Positions 46,111-60,747 of a stretch of 64,000 nucleotides of DNA are shown one piece after another. The stretch is from the human T2T-CHM13v2.0 reference genome, Homo sapiens. The stretch is from assembly GCF_009914755.1 (NCBI RefSeq), contig NC_060947.1, one strand, 5' to 3'. Position 1 is the stretch's first letter. The number at the start of each line of letters is the position of its first letter. A program made the translations under genes and the position numbers. The notes under the pieces were generated by a model. The model ran no database searches. It was not told the DNA's origin and was given only the letters and a program-made list of their open reading frames with translations.

Positions 46111-47999
46111 AACTGTCACAAGCTAGGCATACTTCCCATTTTATAATGTACAAGTGGTAGAATTTTACCATCTTTTGGCGTCAAAAGGCAGACTGTGAGT
46201 GAAAATAGGACAATATTAATGACCAACCAAGTATCCTGTCCATCAAATACTTAATCCTAAGTGGCTCTGCTGTCAGATCCATAAAAGTGAAAACACATTT
46301 AAGCAGAAGCATGTAAAGAGCTAGTTTTAAAATGTAGGTTGTCCTTTCTTTAGATTTTTATACTTGAGCCTCAAAGGGGGTTATTTGGTTTCATAAAATT
46401 AAAAACATGTCATCTGTATTCCTTCCTTCCTTCTGCAAATATGTATTGAGCATATTGTTTGCCAGGAAGGTGCCTGTCATTCTGCTCTGTAGTAGTAAAA
46501 AGGCAGTGGCAATTAAGAGTTTGGAGTTGCCTCATTTAAAGGCTCCCTAGGAAACATGTGACGAAAACAAAAGTGATTCTGTACGTGCAGTGAGCAATAC
46601 ACCCAAAAGGGCAGCCAGAAATGCCAGGGAAAAGGGAGCAAGAAAATTATAAAAACGGCTTGTGAGAAAAATAGCAGAAGAAACTCAGGGAACAAATTTG
46701 TTAGAAACTTTTTGCTTTGTGGTTTATTTCACAACTTGCCATCTAATTTCACTCCACGTACTTAACCATCCATGCTTGTCTCCAGCATCGCACTACCAGT
46801 CCTTTCAATGTGTTCTATTCAGGACTTCTTACCTGTACCTGAATGCCTCCCAGACACCTTCTCTCTACAAGTTTTCAAGCTACTTTGGTGAGTCTAGGGT
46901 GAGAGTAAGCAACTAATTCAGTCCTGAATCCCTAAGACTGGTTTAGAAGCTCTGCCCACTCCCATGAAAGTTCCCTCAACAAACAAAAACAATTGCCATT
47001 CAGTCAACATTTATAGGTATAATTAGGTAATGGGGAATTTTGTTTAACACTATTAGTACCACCAGCCCAAGACAGCAAAAAGTTCACAACTTTGGAAAAG
47101 AACTTGAGTTCTGGACAAGGCTCAATGTCTTATTAATTGGGGGCCATAAGTCCCACAGGTAAATCTTGGGTTGTATCTGTTGTTAGATTCCCCACTGGTT
47201 GGTGCCTGTCAAAAGTATCCTGCTTGGGCAACAAATGTTATCATTATCCTACTTCTTAACCATATAACCTTTGGAAAGCTACTTAACCTCTCTGCAATGT
47301 TTTCTATTTTCTATTCTGAAAATGAATGTGGTAATAATATCCAACTTGAAGAGATATTGCAAGAATTAAATAGGACAGCTTATGTAAAATGCACTTAGCA
47401 ACTTAATGGTCTATATAATTATTAGTTTCTCTTGGTTGCAATGACTTGGAAGCATTTTAGGATCTTGGAGCATCTTAGAGCCACTGCCATGAAAAACTGT
47501 TATTCTTGCTCTGCTTTAGGTAAATGGTTCAACCAGTCTTTATTGTATTCGAATCATCTATCTTTTCACTTTTAATTATTTTAACTGGGCCCTATCCCCG
47601 TACCCCTTTTCCCTAGGTAGAAGTTTAATGTAGTTCCAATCCTCATTTTTAACTCAATACTTTACTAGGGAAGGCACAACTGTGTACATTAAACCATATG
47701 AAGATTTGAATCAACACAGAGCTATTCAACTCTTTCTTCTACTAATAAAACATCATCATTAAATCTTAATTTAGTATGGCTTATAAGAATATAACGGATA
47801 TATCAAGCTATATCTTTGATGAGGAAATGTTTGTTGACAAAATTTATCTATAAATGACCACATCATTTCTGTTATTAGATGGCATTCCATAAATGTTCTC
47901 TAAGAACGCTGTTTAATCATTGAAGAGGGTAAATGTGAAGAACAAAACAGAGTGTGGATAAAAGCCAAAAAGCACGGGTAAAGTCAGTTAAGTTGTCCT

Positions 48000-49740
48000 C
48001 ATTTATTTTCTTGATGTTTATATTTCTCAAAGAAATACATGTGCATTGTTTTAAAAGTCAAGAGCTCTTCAAAATAATAGCAGGCTCCTACCCCCACCTA
48101 TTCCCACCCGTGTATCAACTCCTTTGAGGCAAAAAATTAAAACACTTTTATCTGTGTATTTTTCTAGCAACTTATCTCCATATTTTAAAAATGACATCCT
48201 AATACAACTATTTCTTTATTTGTTCATTTAGGCATTATCTGTTAATCTGCTAACATGGAAGATGAAACTTTAGCTTTTTTATGATCTCTCCATACATATT
48301 TCTCCTTTCTTACCTACCCAAAATAATAGTATCACATTATTTGACTAAATCAATATTCATTGAGCAATATCATGTGCAATTAGTCCTACTTTTGTCTCCT
48401 TTTTCTCCCTTTGGTATTAATACTCAGCCGTGATCCTGGACTGTCCTTTTACCACCACCCTGGAAGTTCCCTGTGGCCCCACTGGTATTGGGGCCTCAGG
48501 TTTTGTGATCCCATATTTTCCAATGTTTTGGTTCATTCCCTCTTTTTGACAAACTACAAAAAGGGTATCTTTTTGGAGACCCTGCATATCTAAAGATATG
48601 TTTTCTACTTTCACACTTTGATTGATAACTTTGGCTGCTATGGAATTCTAGTTAAGAATTTTCTCTATGAATTTTGGAGACCTTGCTTCATTGTCTTTTA
48701 AATTTCTAAGTTGCTATGAAAAGTCCAATGCGAATCCTTGTATGGAACCAGGTTTTTTTTTTTTTTTTTTTTTTCTGTTTGGAAGTTTTTAGGATCTCTT
48801 CTTTATTGTTTTTCCATTGAATATGCTGGTGGGTCTCTTAAATCTGGCAACTCATGTATTTCACTTATAAAAAATATTCTTGCTTTTTTTCATAATTTTC
48901 CTCTTTCACTTTGCTCTCTTTTAATTGGGACCGACCACTAGACAGAGGTTAGACATTTCTAATTAATCTTTTCTCTTATTATCAATCTCATTGTCTTTTG
49001 GTTGAACTTTCAGAGACATTTATTCAACTTAATATTCTCATTTTTGCATTTAATTATTTTAATTTCTGCTATCATATTTTTTAATTTCTAAGAGTTCTTT
49101 TCTGTTCTCTCAATATTCCTTTCAATAATATCCTGCTTTCATTTCAGACATGCGATTACTTTCCTCTCTGACAATATTAATTATAGACTTGGGCATTTGG
49201 GAAATTTTCTTATGCAGTATCATCTGTTTCCTCCAAGATTGGCTTTCCTATTTGTATATTTTGTTACCATCACTGCCTTTTAAATCAGACACGTTCCTCA
49301 AATGTCTTTTGAATGACAGTTCCTATTTAACAGTTTCACCCTAAAAAGCTCACTGGCAATTCTGGGTATGGGAAAGGGCTAGCTAGTTGATGGGCTTTCA
49401 GCAGAGGGCGATGAGACAGTGTACCTGCATTTACGCTGGGATGGAGTACTCCTCCAAATGTCAGTATCTGTCGTTCTTTTTCTTGAATGTATGTGACAAC
49501 CATATATCCTCCTTCAACCAACTGCTTGTTGGAGGCAGTGGCTGTCAATGTTCTGGATGTGGATTTCAGGAAGAGGTTAACTAAATGTGTGTGCAGGAGG
49601 GAGGCGCCCACAATTCAGCATGTAAACTTTCAGGTCATTCTGCTTTCAGTGAAGTACCACATCTCTGCCCTTGACTGTACCTTGGGCCTCAAAGCTGAGT
49701 TTCTCTAATTCAATCTGTCAAAAAAGTGAATCTCAGGGCT
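48000..49740 (-). mobile_element. Old L1ME/HAL1-like element, antisense
   Basis: T-rich antisense ORF1-like text; very diverged. Confidence 0.45.
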
Positions 49741-49789
49741 TCTACTAAGGTGTGGAGGGCCCAGGTGGAGGAACTGCAGGTTTCCCTAT

Positions 49790-50230
49790 CAAACCTTCTC
49801 AGATGCTTCTTTATCAGCTCTTTGAGTCCATCCCCCTATGTCCATATGCTTTGCTTCTAACAACTCTCACTTGCAGGCTTCTTTAGAGCCCTACTTTTGG
49901 GCTACAAGTACAACTTCAGCAGCATGCCAAGAGAGACTGTAGTACCTGAAAATTTACATACCCCCCCACCACCAGCTGAAGCTCATTACTTCAGGTACAC
50001 AAAAGTGTACCTCTAGCCTAGAGTGTAATATACACTCCAAAGCTTCCCTACAAGATGAGACAGAGGCTGGAATTTAGCCTAAGATCCCACTCTTGCTTCA
50101 TTTCCTTCCATTCACTGCTTCCTACTTTCCCCATTCTCATACTGGTTTCTCCTTGGAACACCTCCTTAATAAACAATTCCATATGAATCCACATCTCAGG
50201 TTCAACTTTTGGGAAATCTGGCCTAAGACC
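49790..50230 (+). mobile_element. LTR16-like ERVL LTR
   Basis: 3' end cttaataaac...atctcaggttcaacttttgggaaatctggcctaagac. Confidence 0.55.
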
Positions 50231-50869
50231 ATCATCTGGTTGCTCAGATTTGGGAAAGTATCTGGGAGTCTAACCACTGTTTATCAAACTTGCAACTAAT
50301 TCTGTTTTCATACATGACCCACACCCCCACTACCACCAGAGACACCTGGAACCTCCAATTCCTGAACCTTTCTACTGTTCAGGAGGCTGAGACTTCCAGG
50401 CTTCTGGAAGTTTGTGGAAAATGTAGAGCACCTTCATGTATTGTCATTTTAAATAGAAACTTTAGAAACATTTTGCATTTGATAGAGTTGAGTTCAGGCT
50501 ATTCTTCCAAACATCTTGGGGTGCAAGCCCAAGATCCTCTTGGAAGTGTGTGCTTTAGTAGAAAAACATGCAGACAGATTACCTGACTTAAATCTATAGA
50601 AATTAAGAAGTTATATAGTCAGACAAACGTGGGTTCTACTACTTTACTAGCTGTGTGATGATAGGCAAGTTACTAAACCTCTCTAAGTCACAATTTTCTC
50701 ACCTGTAAAATGAAGAAAATATGCTTATCACAGTGCCTGTCACATAGTAAGTCTTATCCTTTGATTTATTTTCTGGTGGTGATAAGTTTATGGTACTGCC
50801 GCCATATACCCTCACCTAGTTCCCACATTTCAGAGATGTTTGGCCAAGGTTAAGGGTATAGTCTAAGAA

Positions 50870-51047
50870 ATTCATTCTCGAAATGTATTCCCCAGACCAG
50901 CAACAGCTGCAGCATCACTGGGAACTTGTTAAAAGTGAAAATTCTCAGGTCCATCTCCAGAAACTTGGGGAGTGGAGCCCAGCCATGTGTATTTTAACAA
51001 GCCGTCAAGGGATTCAAATGTATTGCAGGTGTAAGAAACACTTGCAT
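50870..51047. mobile_element. MER5A-like hAT element (second copy ~54505-54670)
   Basis: agcatcactgggaacttgttaaaagtgaaaattctcagg motif. Confidence 0.6.
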
Positions 51048-54000
51048 CAGAAAAAATAAATAAATAAATAACAGACCCACACGGAGAATAAAGCCAAGAC
51101 TTAGAACCCAGTTGGTGTGGTATCAAAGATCATAAGCAGAGCTAATCAATATACATGACACCCCCACCCCTGATTAGGGATAGGGGAAAGTCATAATTAT
51201 AGCTTTATTATTAAAGTAGCATAGTTGTTAATATAAAGAGCATTATGTGATAAATGAATATAAATAGGAGCTAGGAATGAAAGAGTGAAGTGCAGATTTA
51301 AGTTTGTAAAACTGACAGTGAGTCTATGCCACGTAGCTTTCAAATACTAATAGAGAAGTGCATTAATGCATGAAAAAAATAATTTCTGAGCCCAGAAGCT
51401 GAAGAAACACTTGAAAGAATCCTTAACTGTATTAATCCTTTTTGAAACAAGCCACTATATGTACATGATCTGGAACATTTGCTGAGGAAAACTTATTTTA
51501 AGTTGTCACTTTGACAGTGTCACAACTATTGAAATTCCTCTGAAATTCTGAATTAGTGCTATGTAAGCAAATTATCTCTAGAAACAAAGAAGAGAACCTA
51601 AGAGCAAAATATAGCTCACTGAATCCACCACTCAGAATAGGGAGTTGGAGTGGGGAACAGAGCAAGCAGCAAATATTCCAACATCACCTGCATGGCAATT
51701 TATAGTATCTTCAAGCCAATCAGGTGATTTACTCCAAGGAGCACAAATCAGAGAGACAGGAAAGCCAATTCTTATAACACTGCAAAGATCCTACAGTTTT
51801 TAAAAGAGAAAAGAGCCCTTTCCCTGGAGGAAGTGCAGAGTAATTCATACAAGTTCTTGTTTTAGGGGTGATGCCCACTCAATTTACTTTGACATATAAT
51901 CTGCCTGAGCAGCTCAGCTTAATCTCCTGCATGGCAGAGCAGAGGGCTTCCCTCCAGCCCTTTAAGGCCTCTGTGTGAAAATCTCAAAGCTTTGCTGTTG
52001 CCATCCAGGACATAGCAGCTCTGAATGCCACCACAGGGAATATAAGACAGATTGGCTGAACATCCAAAAGAATACATATGCTATTTAGTCAATGTAGAGT
52101 GCTTTAGCACCCTACGCTAAAGCACACCAATACTCAGAATCAATATCCAGAACACTGGCAGCCACTGTCTTCACCAAGCAGTAGGTTGAAGGAGGGTTTA
52201 TAGTTGTCAGATAGATTCAAGAAAAAAGAATCACAGATACTGACATTTGGTGGAGTACTCCATCTCAGTGTAAATGCAGTTACACTGTCTCATCACCCTA
52301 TGCTGAAGCCCACCAATACTCAAAATCATGGCTGACAGAGGGAATTCGTAGTCTATGCCTGGGAGCATCCTCTGCCAAGCATGTTACCACACATTCTCAG
52401 TGGCCCTTCCTAGCACACCTATGAGGTAGGTGCTGCTTGAATTGCATTTTGTTGGTGAAGAAATTAAGCCTCAGGGATGCTAAGTAACTTGCTTAAAGTC
52501 AACCAGATATTGCAGTGGAGTCCAACAATCCCAAGGCTACCTGAATCTGAAAAGGCTGTTCTTAACCATCATGCTTTAATGTCTTCATTGAGAGTCCAGC
52601 CTATTTCAACAATTGCAATTTGTAATAAATATGCAATTCTCTTTGCTTCACAAGAAAAAAAAATTTAAAAAGCAAGATTATGTTAATGATATATGCATAA
52701 GGACAATATATTGTTTCTGGTTGGACACTGGATCTCTTTAGCCTCGGATAGCTGTAAAGTCTGTCAGAAATGTGTCTTCTTCCTAAACTCATTGTGTAAA
52801 CAGAGATTCAGCTGGTCCCGACAGTGCTTGCTTTGAGATTGGTGATGCTTTTGTTGCCATAGACACCAGATTTCAACACACCACTGAGCATGGGGAATCC
52901 ATTCCGCACAAAGCAATGCAGTCAGCAGATGGGCACCGTAACAGCTAACTGCACATAATGCCATAACCAATATTTGTTTTGCCACCTCTCATTTAGATGA
53001 TGTTCTCACCAATGAAGTCTGTAAGACTTTGTCTCTCATCTGAAAAACCGCTTCTTTATGACCCAGATAGCCATACTCACACATTAACGGGCCGAAGTCG
53101 TTCATTTCTCTGGTTTGGTGAATGGTTAAGGCTATTCAGAAAGGAAAATCTGATTTTACACAAAACACTCCTTTATTCATCTTGCAAAAAGAAAGATCAA
53201 ATACTTCTTGAAAATTCAGTTTGTTCAAGTGGCTAGCACCCCAAGAATAATGGGCCTGTTATCTTGGTAGGTTTCCCTAGTAACTAAAACCATAAAGAAA
53301 ATAATTAGGAAGAGTTTAGTGACGTGTGCATGTGTGTGTATCTTATATCCACATGCATACATATATCTGTGTGCGTGTGTGTGTATAATGAGGACAACTT
53401 TTTTTTATGAGACAAACCAAACAATCAAGACATGGTACTTGACTGGTGGTCAGAGATGAACTTGTAAAGTTGAATCATGAAAAGAAAGACTTGGACACAT
53501 CATGAACTGTTGGACCAGTTTACCTAGAGACCATGACCATGTGAGGATACTACAGGACCGTCCTGTCACTTGAAGGAAATCCATTGTATATTGTGTTGCA
53601 GCCAATCACATGATAAACATCATTTACCAAATTAACCAGCAAAAGTGTAATTAGAGAAGTTAGTAAGAAATTTATATAATCTGTCATTTTCACATTCAAA
53701 GGCCAATACATTTTAAAAAATTCCATTAAAACAATCTCCTTATAGAGCACTGGGAGTTTAACTATTGGCAAAATAAATAATTAAGTTCATTTAAAAGAAT
53801 TTTTACTATGTTTATTTTTCCATTTGCTCTAATAAAAATTATGAACTATGTTCTCTTTAAATATAATACAAATAAGTTTGGGTTTTAGTGGAATGTATAT
53901 TAACAGATGAAAAGATATAAATAAAATGTATCTAAAGCTTTTTGGATTATTTTGAGTAGGTCTGTTAAATCATTGTGATTAGAAAATCAAGAAGAAAATG

Positions 54001-54849
54001 ATCATTTTTAATTTAAATTAATTTAGAGTTGGAAGAGAAACTGCTTTATGTGATGCAGGTAAAAATCAATTGAATGACTAAAATAGGAGTGGTATCATGA
54101 TTATCAGGCTCATGTTTTCTGTTTGGGAATGATGTAATAAAGTGTCTCTTGAATTATGATGAAATAATTTAAAACTGCTGGGATGTGGTTTGTTTGGGCC
54201 TTTAAAGGAATTCTAAAAACTTGCTGTATACAGTGAAAAATTACATCTATTAGGAAAAAGAAATCCATGCATTTGCTCATTCATTCAATGGATGTCAGCA
54301 GATTCCTTAAACCTGCAAGGAGATGGACCAGGAAGTGACTCTTTCCTTCAGTATAACCTACAAACCAGAGAGCTGGTATTCTTGCACCTATGGAAGAAGT
54401 CATCTTCAGTACAAGAAAAAATGATGAAAATTATGATGTTTGTGGACTCGGTTACATTTGTTAACAGGCAACCCCACAAAATTGGGGAAAAATTGTAATT
54501 CAGAGTGTTGTGCTCAAGTTTGCTCTGTAAACCAGCAAGAGCAGCATCACCTGAAGCTCAGTAGAGATGCAGAATCCTGGGGTACACTCCAAACCCACTG
54601 AGCTAAAAGCTGATTTTTAACAAGATCCATGGGGTTTGTATGCACACTAAAATATGAGGATCACCAACTGAAATCACAGATTTGGCAACCAGCCTGGGGA
54701 AGATGGAACCCCATCTCTGCCACTGACTTGCTGTGTGATTTGGAACAAGTTTCTCAACCTCTCCGTGCCTCAGTTTCCCTACTGGATATGATGGCGATAA
54801 TAATGGTGCCTATGTTATAAGGTTATTGGTAGTATTAAGTGACATATAT

Positions 54850-55260
54850 GTAGAATCTAAAAACGTCTAACTCATAGAAGGTGAGAGTAGAATGGTAATT
54901 GCCAGAAGATGGAGGTGGTTGGGGGAAGATGGGCAGGGAAAGGGTAGAAGTTGGTAAAAGGGTACAAAGTTTCAGTTACACAGGAGGAATAAGTTCCAAT
55001 GATTTACTGCACAGCAAGGTGACTATAGTTAATAATAATGTATTCTATATTTCAAAGTTGCTAAAAGTGGATTTTAAATGTTCTCACCACAGAGAAATGA
55101 TAAGTATGCCAGGTGATGGATACATTAATTAGCCTGATTTGCTCATTCCACAATGTACACATCTATCAAAACATCACACTGTATCCCATAAATATATACA
55201 ATTATTGTCAATTACAAATAATAAAATTTTAACAAAATTACACTTAGCTACATTTTGAAA
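54850..55260 (+). mobile_element. L1MA 3' UTR
   Basis: gcacagcaaggtgactatagttaataataatgtatt...ttctcaccaca motif. Confidence 0.75.
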
Positions 55261-55984
55261 AGTGGCATAATACATGAAAAATGCCTACAACAGTGTGTGG
55301 AAATAAGTGATCAATCATTGTCAGTTCGTATTACATCATTTTATCATTCACTGGGTTCTGGGTCATGGATAACAAAGGGTCTAAGCTGTAGCCCATAGAC
55401 GTGCCTGCTTTCTGGTAGATCTGTAATCAGGCAATTAGGAATTGAACCCAGCCTACAAAAATCCAGCTTGCCCAATCCTGCTGCCATTTCAAGCCAAACT
55501 TCAGGGTTTACTTAGGCAGTATGCAACACACACCTGCCTGAAAAATGGGGACCGCTCAAATCCAAAGATTGAATGAAATCCTACACATGCATTTTGTTTG
55601 GTAAAAGTTGAAAGGAATAATAAGGACACTCAGTTTCTATCCTGGAAACCTCCATCCTAATTTTCTGCTCATCAGTTTGGCATATATTAAAAACTCTGAA
55701 GAAACCCAGTGAGAACACAGGCACTCCCAAATGCTGGTGGAGAGAATAGAAATTGATGGAACATTTTTGGAGAGCAATTTGATAATCCTCTATCAAATAA
55801 AAAATACATGTAAACTTTGACCCATCAATTGTGTTTTAAAAATTTATCCTACATAGATACTTGCAAAAGCAGGCAAAAATACAAATATAGAAAGACATAT
55901 ATATGTGTGTATACACACATATATATTACATGTACGCATTTTACTCTGTAAACCACCTGCCCCTTCGTCACTTAGTAGGAGTCT

Positions 55985-56106
55985 CTAGGCGTCTTGGGTA
56001 TCAAATCGAAAAAGCAGTATATATAGCGTTTGTTACTATCCACGGTTTCAGGCATCCACTGGGGGCCTTGGAACACATCCCTGGCAGATACAGGGAGACT
56101 ACTGTA
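55985..56106. mobile_element. MER2/Tigger-type fragment
   Basis: cggtttcaggcatccactgggggccttggaac...actactgta terminal motif. Confidence 0.65.
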
Positions 56107-56699
56107 TATGTATATGCATGTATATTATTTATGGCACTATTTATTTGTGATAGCAAAAAAGAAGAAATGAGTCAACCTAAATGTCCATCAATAAGGGTTA
56201 AATTATAGTATAACCATTAAATGGAATGAGTATAAAGAATGTTACATCTCTATACAATATGCAAAGATGTCCAATGTACATTAAGCAAGAAAGTAAGCTG
56301 TATAATATATGTATAATATGATAATTTGTATAAGTGGATAAAATATAGGTATTTTATGGAATAGACTTCTAAAAAAAGAAAAAAGTTAACTTTTAAAATA
56401 AATTTTAAATAAACAATTTAAAGACTCATTTTGTTTTAGATCTTTGTGAGAGAAATAATTTTTAAGAAAAACTAGGAAAAAAGCAGTTGCTGCCATAAAG
56501 TATATTCCCCAAACTTTACTAGTTTAAATCTTAATTAATAGTTAATATCTTAGCTTTCATTTAATTGGCAGCTAGCTGACAGCAAAAACAAGATACCTTA
56601 CAGGTGTCATGACGCATGGAGGTGACCTGGAAAAGGGAAGAGAAACACCAAAGGAAGGAAAAGCGAATGGATAAAGGAGGTCACAAGACAGACCTTGCC

Positions 56700-57245
56700 A
56701 AGGGATGCCAAAGGGCAGATGCTTTGGTAACAACCCAATAGCCATTTCCTTCTTCCTTTTTTCATATCAGAACCTGTGTCCAATGATAGAGGTTAAAAAT
56801 AAAAACACTAGCCTTCCCAGCCTCCCTGAAACTAGAACTGACTAATGACCAAGTGCTGGGCAATGAGTCAGAGGGAAATTCTTCTAGGATAGAGTGTTCT
56901 ACATGACATTAGAAAAAGATGCAGGGGAAAAAAGCCTCAGACTTTCCCTCACTACTTCAGTTAGGGGAACACGATTAGTGTACGATTAGTACTTCAGTTA
57001 GGGGAACAATGAATTACAGCAGCCATCTTACAACATTGAAAGGTGAAACAGCTCAAACACTGAGAATAGCAGAGAAAACGCCTGGAAAGAGCTTGGATTT
57101 GGATAACTCTCCTGAGTTGCTGAAACAATCCTGGAGTGGCCTAGTTTTCTACTCCTTGCTAAGTGAGGTAATAAATGTTCTCATTATTTAGATGACTTTT
57201 TATTGGGCATTTTGTTATTTACAGCTAAAAGCATTGCCCCTTATA
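56700..57245. mobile_element. Old MLT1 (J/K-like) LTR
   Basis: agccttcccagcctccctgaaactag and terminal tttgttatttacagctaaaagcatt...ataca. Confidence 0.55.
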
Positions 57246-58596
57246 CAGCTGCCAACCACCTGCCTTAGAAATGAGCCAAAGACCCAATTAACAACTTTGC
57301 AATAATTTGTTGTTGTTGTTGTTTTCAAATCACAGCAGGAAGATAGATACGTCATATTAAGTATCATTTTCTATCTGATATTCAGAATTACCTTAGGTTT
57401 TCTGTTAGTAGTAGCGAAAAAGGCTACCATTGATTCCATTTAGCAGCTACTATGTGCCAAGCACTGTGCTAGGTACTTTGTCTAGGACTGGTCATCACAG
57501 CAACTTCCAAACCAGTCTCCTTTGGCTGGGGAAATAAAATCACATCTACATGTTTCCCAGCTTACTTAAACAATTTAGCATTTCGTTACAAATGTAAACT
57601 ACAAACCACTAGTTGTACTTGTGACTTTGTCACCTACAGAAATCACAGATGCATACCACAGTGTAGCTGTGGAGGGTATCTCAAAATATCATTGACTCTC
57701 ATCACTGTTTCAAAAGTATCATCATCCTTTAGCCTGCTGTAAAATCTTATTTAATGTGTTGATAAAGGAGCACATACGCTACTGCTCACACATTTTAAAA
57801 ATGTTTTGGTAACGGCGTTGCAATATAATTGACTTCCTTTGTAATTCTGTGTGTTTTATTTTATGCATTTAAAAATATTATTCTAAGAAGAGGCCTTGGC
57901 ACAAAAGGGGTTTAAACCCCCCACAACCAGTCCCCCTTGTTATCATTCTTAATATTGTCAATCCACTCTTAATACAGAAAACCAGGGCGATCTTTCTAAA
58001 AGGTAAGTCAGATCAAGATTTTTCCTCCTTTAAACACGAAACAAATGCGGACTCCTAACTTTGACTAACTTGGGCCTCCAGGATCTAATTTTACCCTGCT
58101 CATGTCTCCTTCCATGGTTTCAAACTTCTCTATCCCCTGCTCTCTCTCTGCTCCAGCCATGCTAGCCTCCTTCTATTTCTTTGAAATATCCAAGTCATTT
58201 CCTACCTTAGGGGCTCTTGCCCTCTGCCTGGAATGCCTGTTCTTAGAGCAGCCACTTGGTTCCCATGCTCTAGTGATAAGCCAGGACGCTGCCTCCACAG
58301 AGAAGCTTTCCTACCAAACAGCAGCCCTCCCCTTTCCCACCTGTCCTCAGTTAGTTCCTGATTACATCCTTAAGAGCACTTACCTAAAATGATTGATGTT
58401 ATTTTTTTTCTTCACCAACAGAGTTATATTTTTGTTCACTACTGAACCCAAGAATCTAGTAAGTTGCCTCACACCGTGTAGAAACCTGACATTTACTGAA
58501 TGAATGAATGAAAACCAGAACAAGTCAACAAAGAAGCTCTTATTAATCAATTTACAGGTGAGGAAATTGAGGCTCAACGATATTAAAATATTTTTC

Positions 58597-58846
58597 CCAC
58601 TTTGGGAGGCCGCGGTGGGTGGATCACGAGGTCAGGAGATCGAGACCAGCCTGGCTAACACCATGAAACCCCGTTTCTACTAAAAATACAAAAAATTAGC
58701 CGGGCACGGTGGCAGGGGCCTGTAGTCCCAGCTACTTGGGAGGCTGAGGCAGGAGAATGGCGTGAACCCGGGAGGCGGAGCTTGCAGTGAGCCCAGATAG
58801 TGCGCACTGCACTCCAGCCTGGGGGAAAGAACAAGACTCTGTCCAA
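58597..58846 (+). mobile_element. AluY-like, truncated at both ends, inside a MIR
   Basis: Y-like text (ggagaatggcgtgaacccgggaggcggagcttgcag); no A-tail. Confidence 0.85.
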
Positions 58847-60118
58847 GATCACTCAGTGGCAGAATTATTATTTTAACTGAGATCCTAGGTCTCCCCCGAA
58901 TCCCTCTGCCATTGTCTGCTACATTTCCCCCAGTCAGTGGAAAGCCGAATGGACCCAATATAAGTTTTTATGGCATGATTTCTTGAGACTTCAATGCCCC
59001 ATTGCTTAAGGATATCTGCCTAAGAAATCCTTGGAGCTACTCCAGGAAGGCCAAGTTAAGTGAAAATACATGCCTGGAGAGAGGGATTCTCTGTCTCTTG
59101 CCACATACACATACATCTTTTTCTTATATCTGAACCTTGTAAACATAAATACAAACAACAAAATCAAATAAAAAGAAAAGAACCTAGAAAAGGGTAAACT
59201 AAGGAAGAAACAAATTAGATAAACCCAGGGGAAATGTCTACACATAAATATAGATCTGCTAAGGTACTGTACGCTAGCTTATATGGACCACAATTCTAGC
59301 CATACACTCCCTAGTAGCCAACACAAAGTGAGAAACAGAATCAGTTACATGACATATTTTGAAGATTTTTAAAATTCAATTGCCAGGAGTCACACAACTA
59401 TTACTGTCTCTACAATCTGAGAGCAATTCCTCTTGTGGGTCTTTAGAGTGAAAGGTAGGATATAGTAATCAGCATTCTAAACTATAGACCTTTTAAATAA
59501 ACATATCAAGCTTCATAGAATGGTGTCTTATAGTATGCCTTAATAGAGGTGGCAGGTATAATGCCAAAACCTATGCAGCACAGTATTGCCTTGCTATTCA
59601 AAGCATGCTCTATGGACCCGCAACATCAGGATCACCCAGGAACTTGCAGCTCTACAAGATCTGCGGGTGATTCCTAAGCACATTAAAGTTTAAGAAGCAC
59701 TGCTTTATTGGTTGAGCTTAAGCCATGAAAAATAATTGGAAGAAACTACAATTCATTCATTCATTCATTTAACAAATATTTACTGAAACTTTGGCAGTAG
59801 GAAAGGATTTCTTTAAACATGACACCAAAACTACCACCGTAAAGGAAAATATTGATAAATGGGACACCACTAAAATTGAGTGATATTTGCAAACACACAC
59901 AAAGCTGGGCATCTAAAAATGTGTCAGGCAGTCTTGGCAATGAACATCAATGAAACCAAAAATGCCTACCCTTATGGAGCTTACATTCTAATCAGCGAAG
60001 ACATAAATAAACAATTTAAGTAAAACAAATCACGAAAGGGGGTAAGTTGAGGGTGGGGTTGCAATTTTAAATAGGGTAGTCAGGAAAAGCCTCATTGAGG
60101 AAGTAAAGACCTATACAA

Positions 60119-60747
<629 letters not shown>

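Larger units (their letters stand above)
49386..52328. repeat. ~180-bp inverted duplication (49386-49566 vs 52138-52316)
   Basis: gatggagtactcctccaaatgtcagtatctgt is near reverse-complementary to acagatactgacatttggtggagtactccatc, and similarity runs over both arms. Confidence 0.9.

Noticed and set aside
52764-53236. Short ORFs in non-repeat-looking DNA
   Set aside because: No recognisable homology or convincing splice-site pair.
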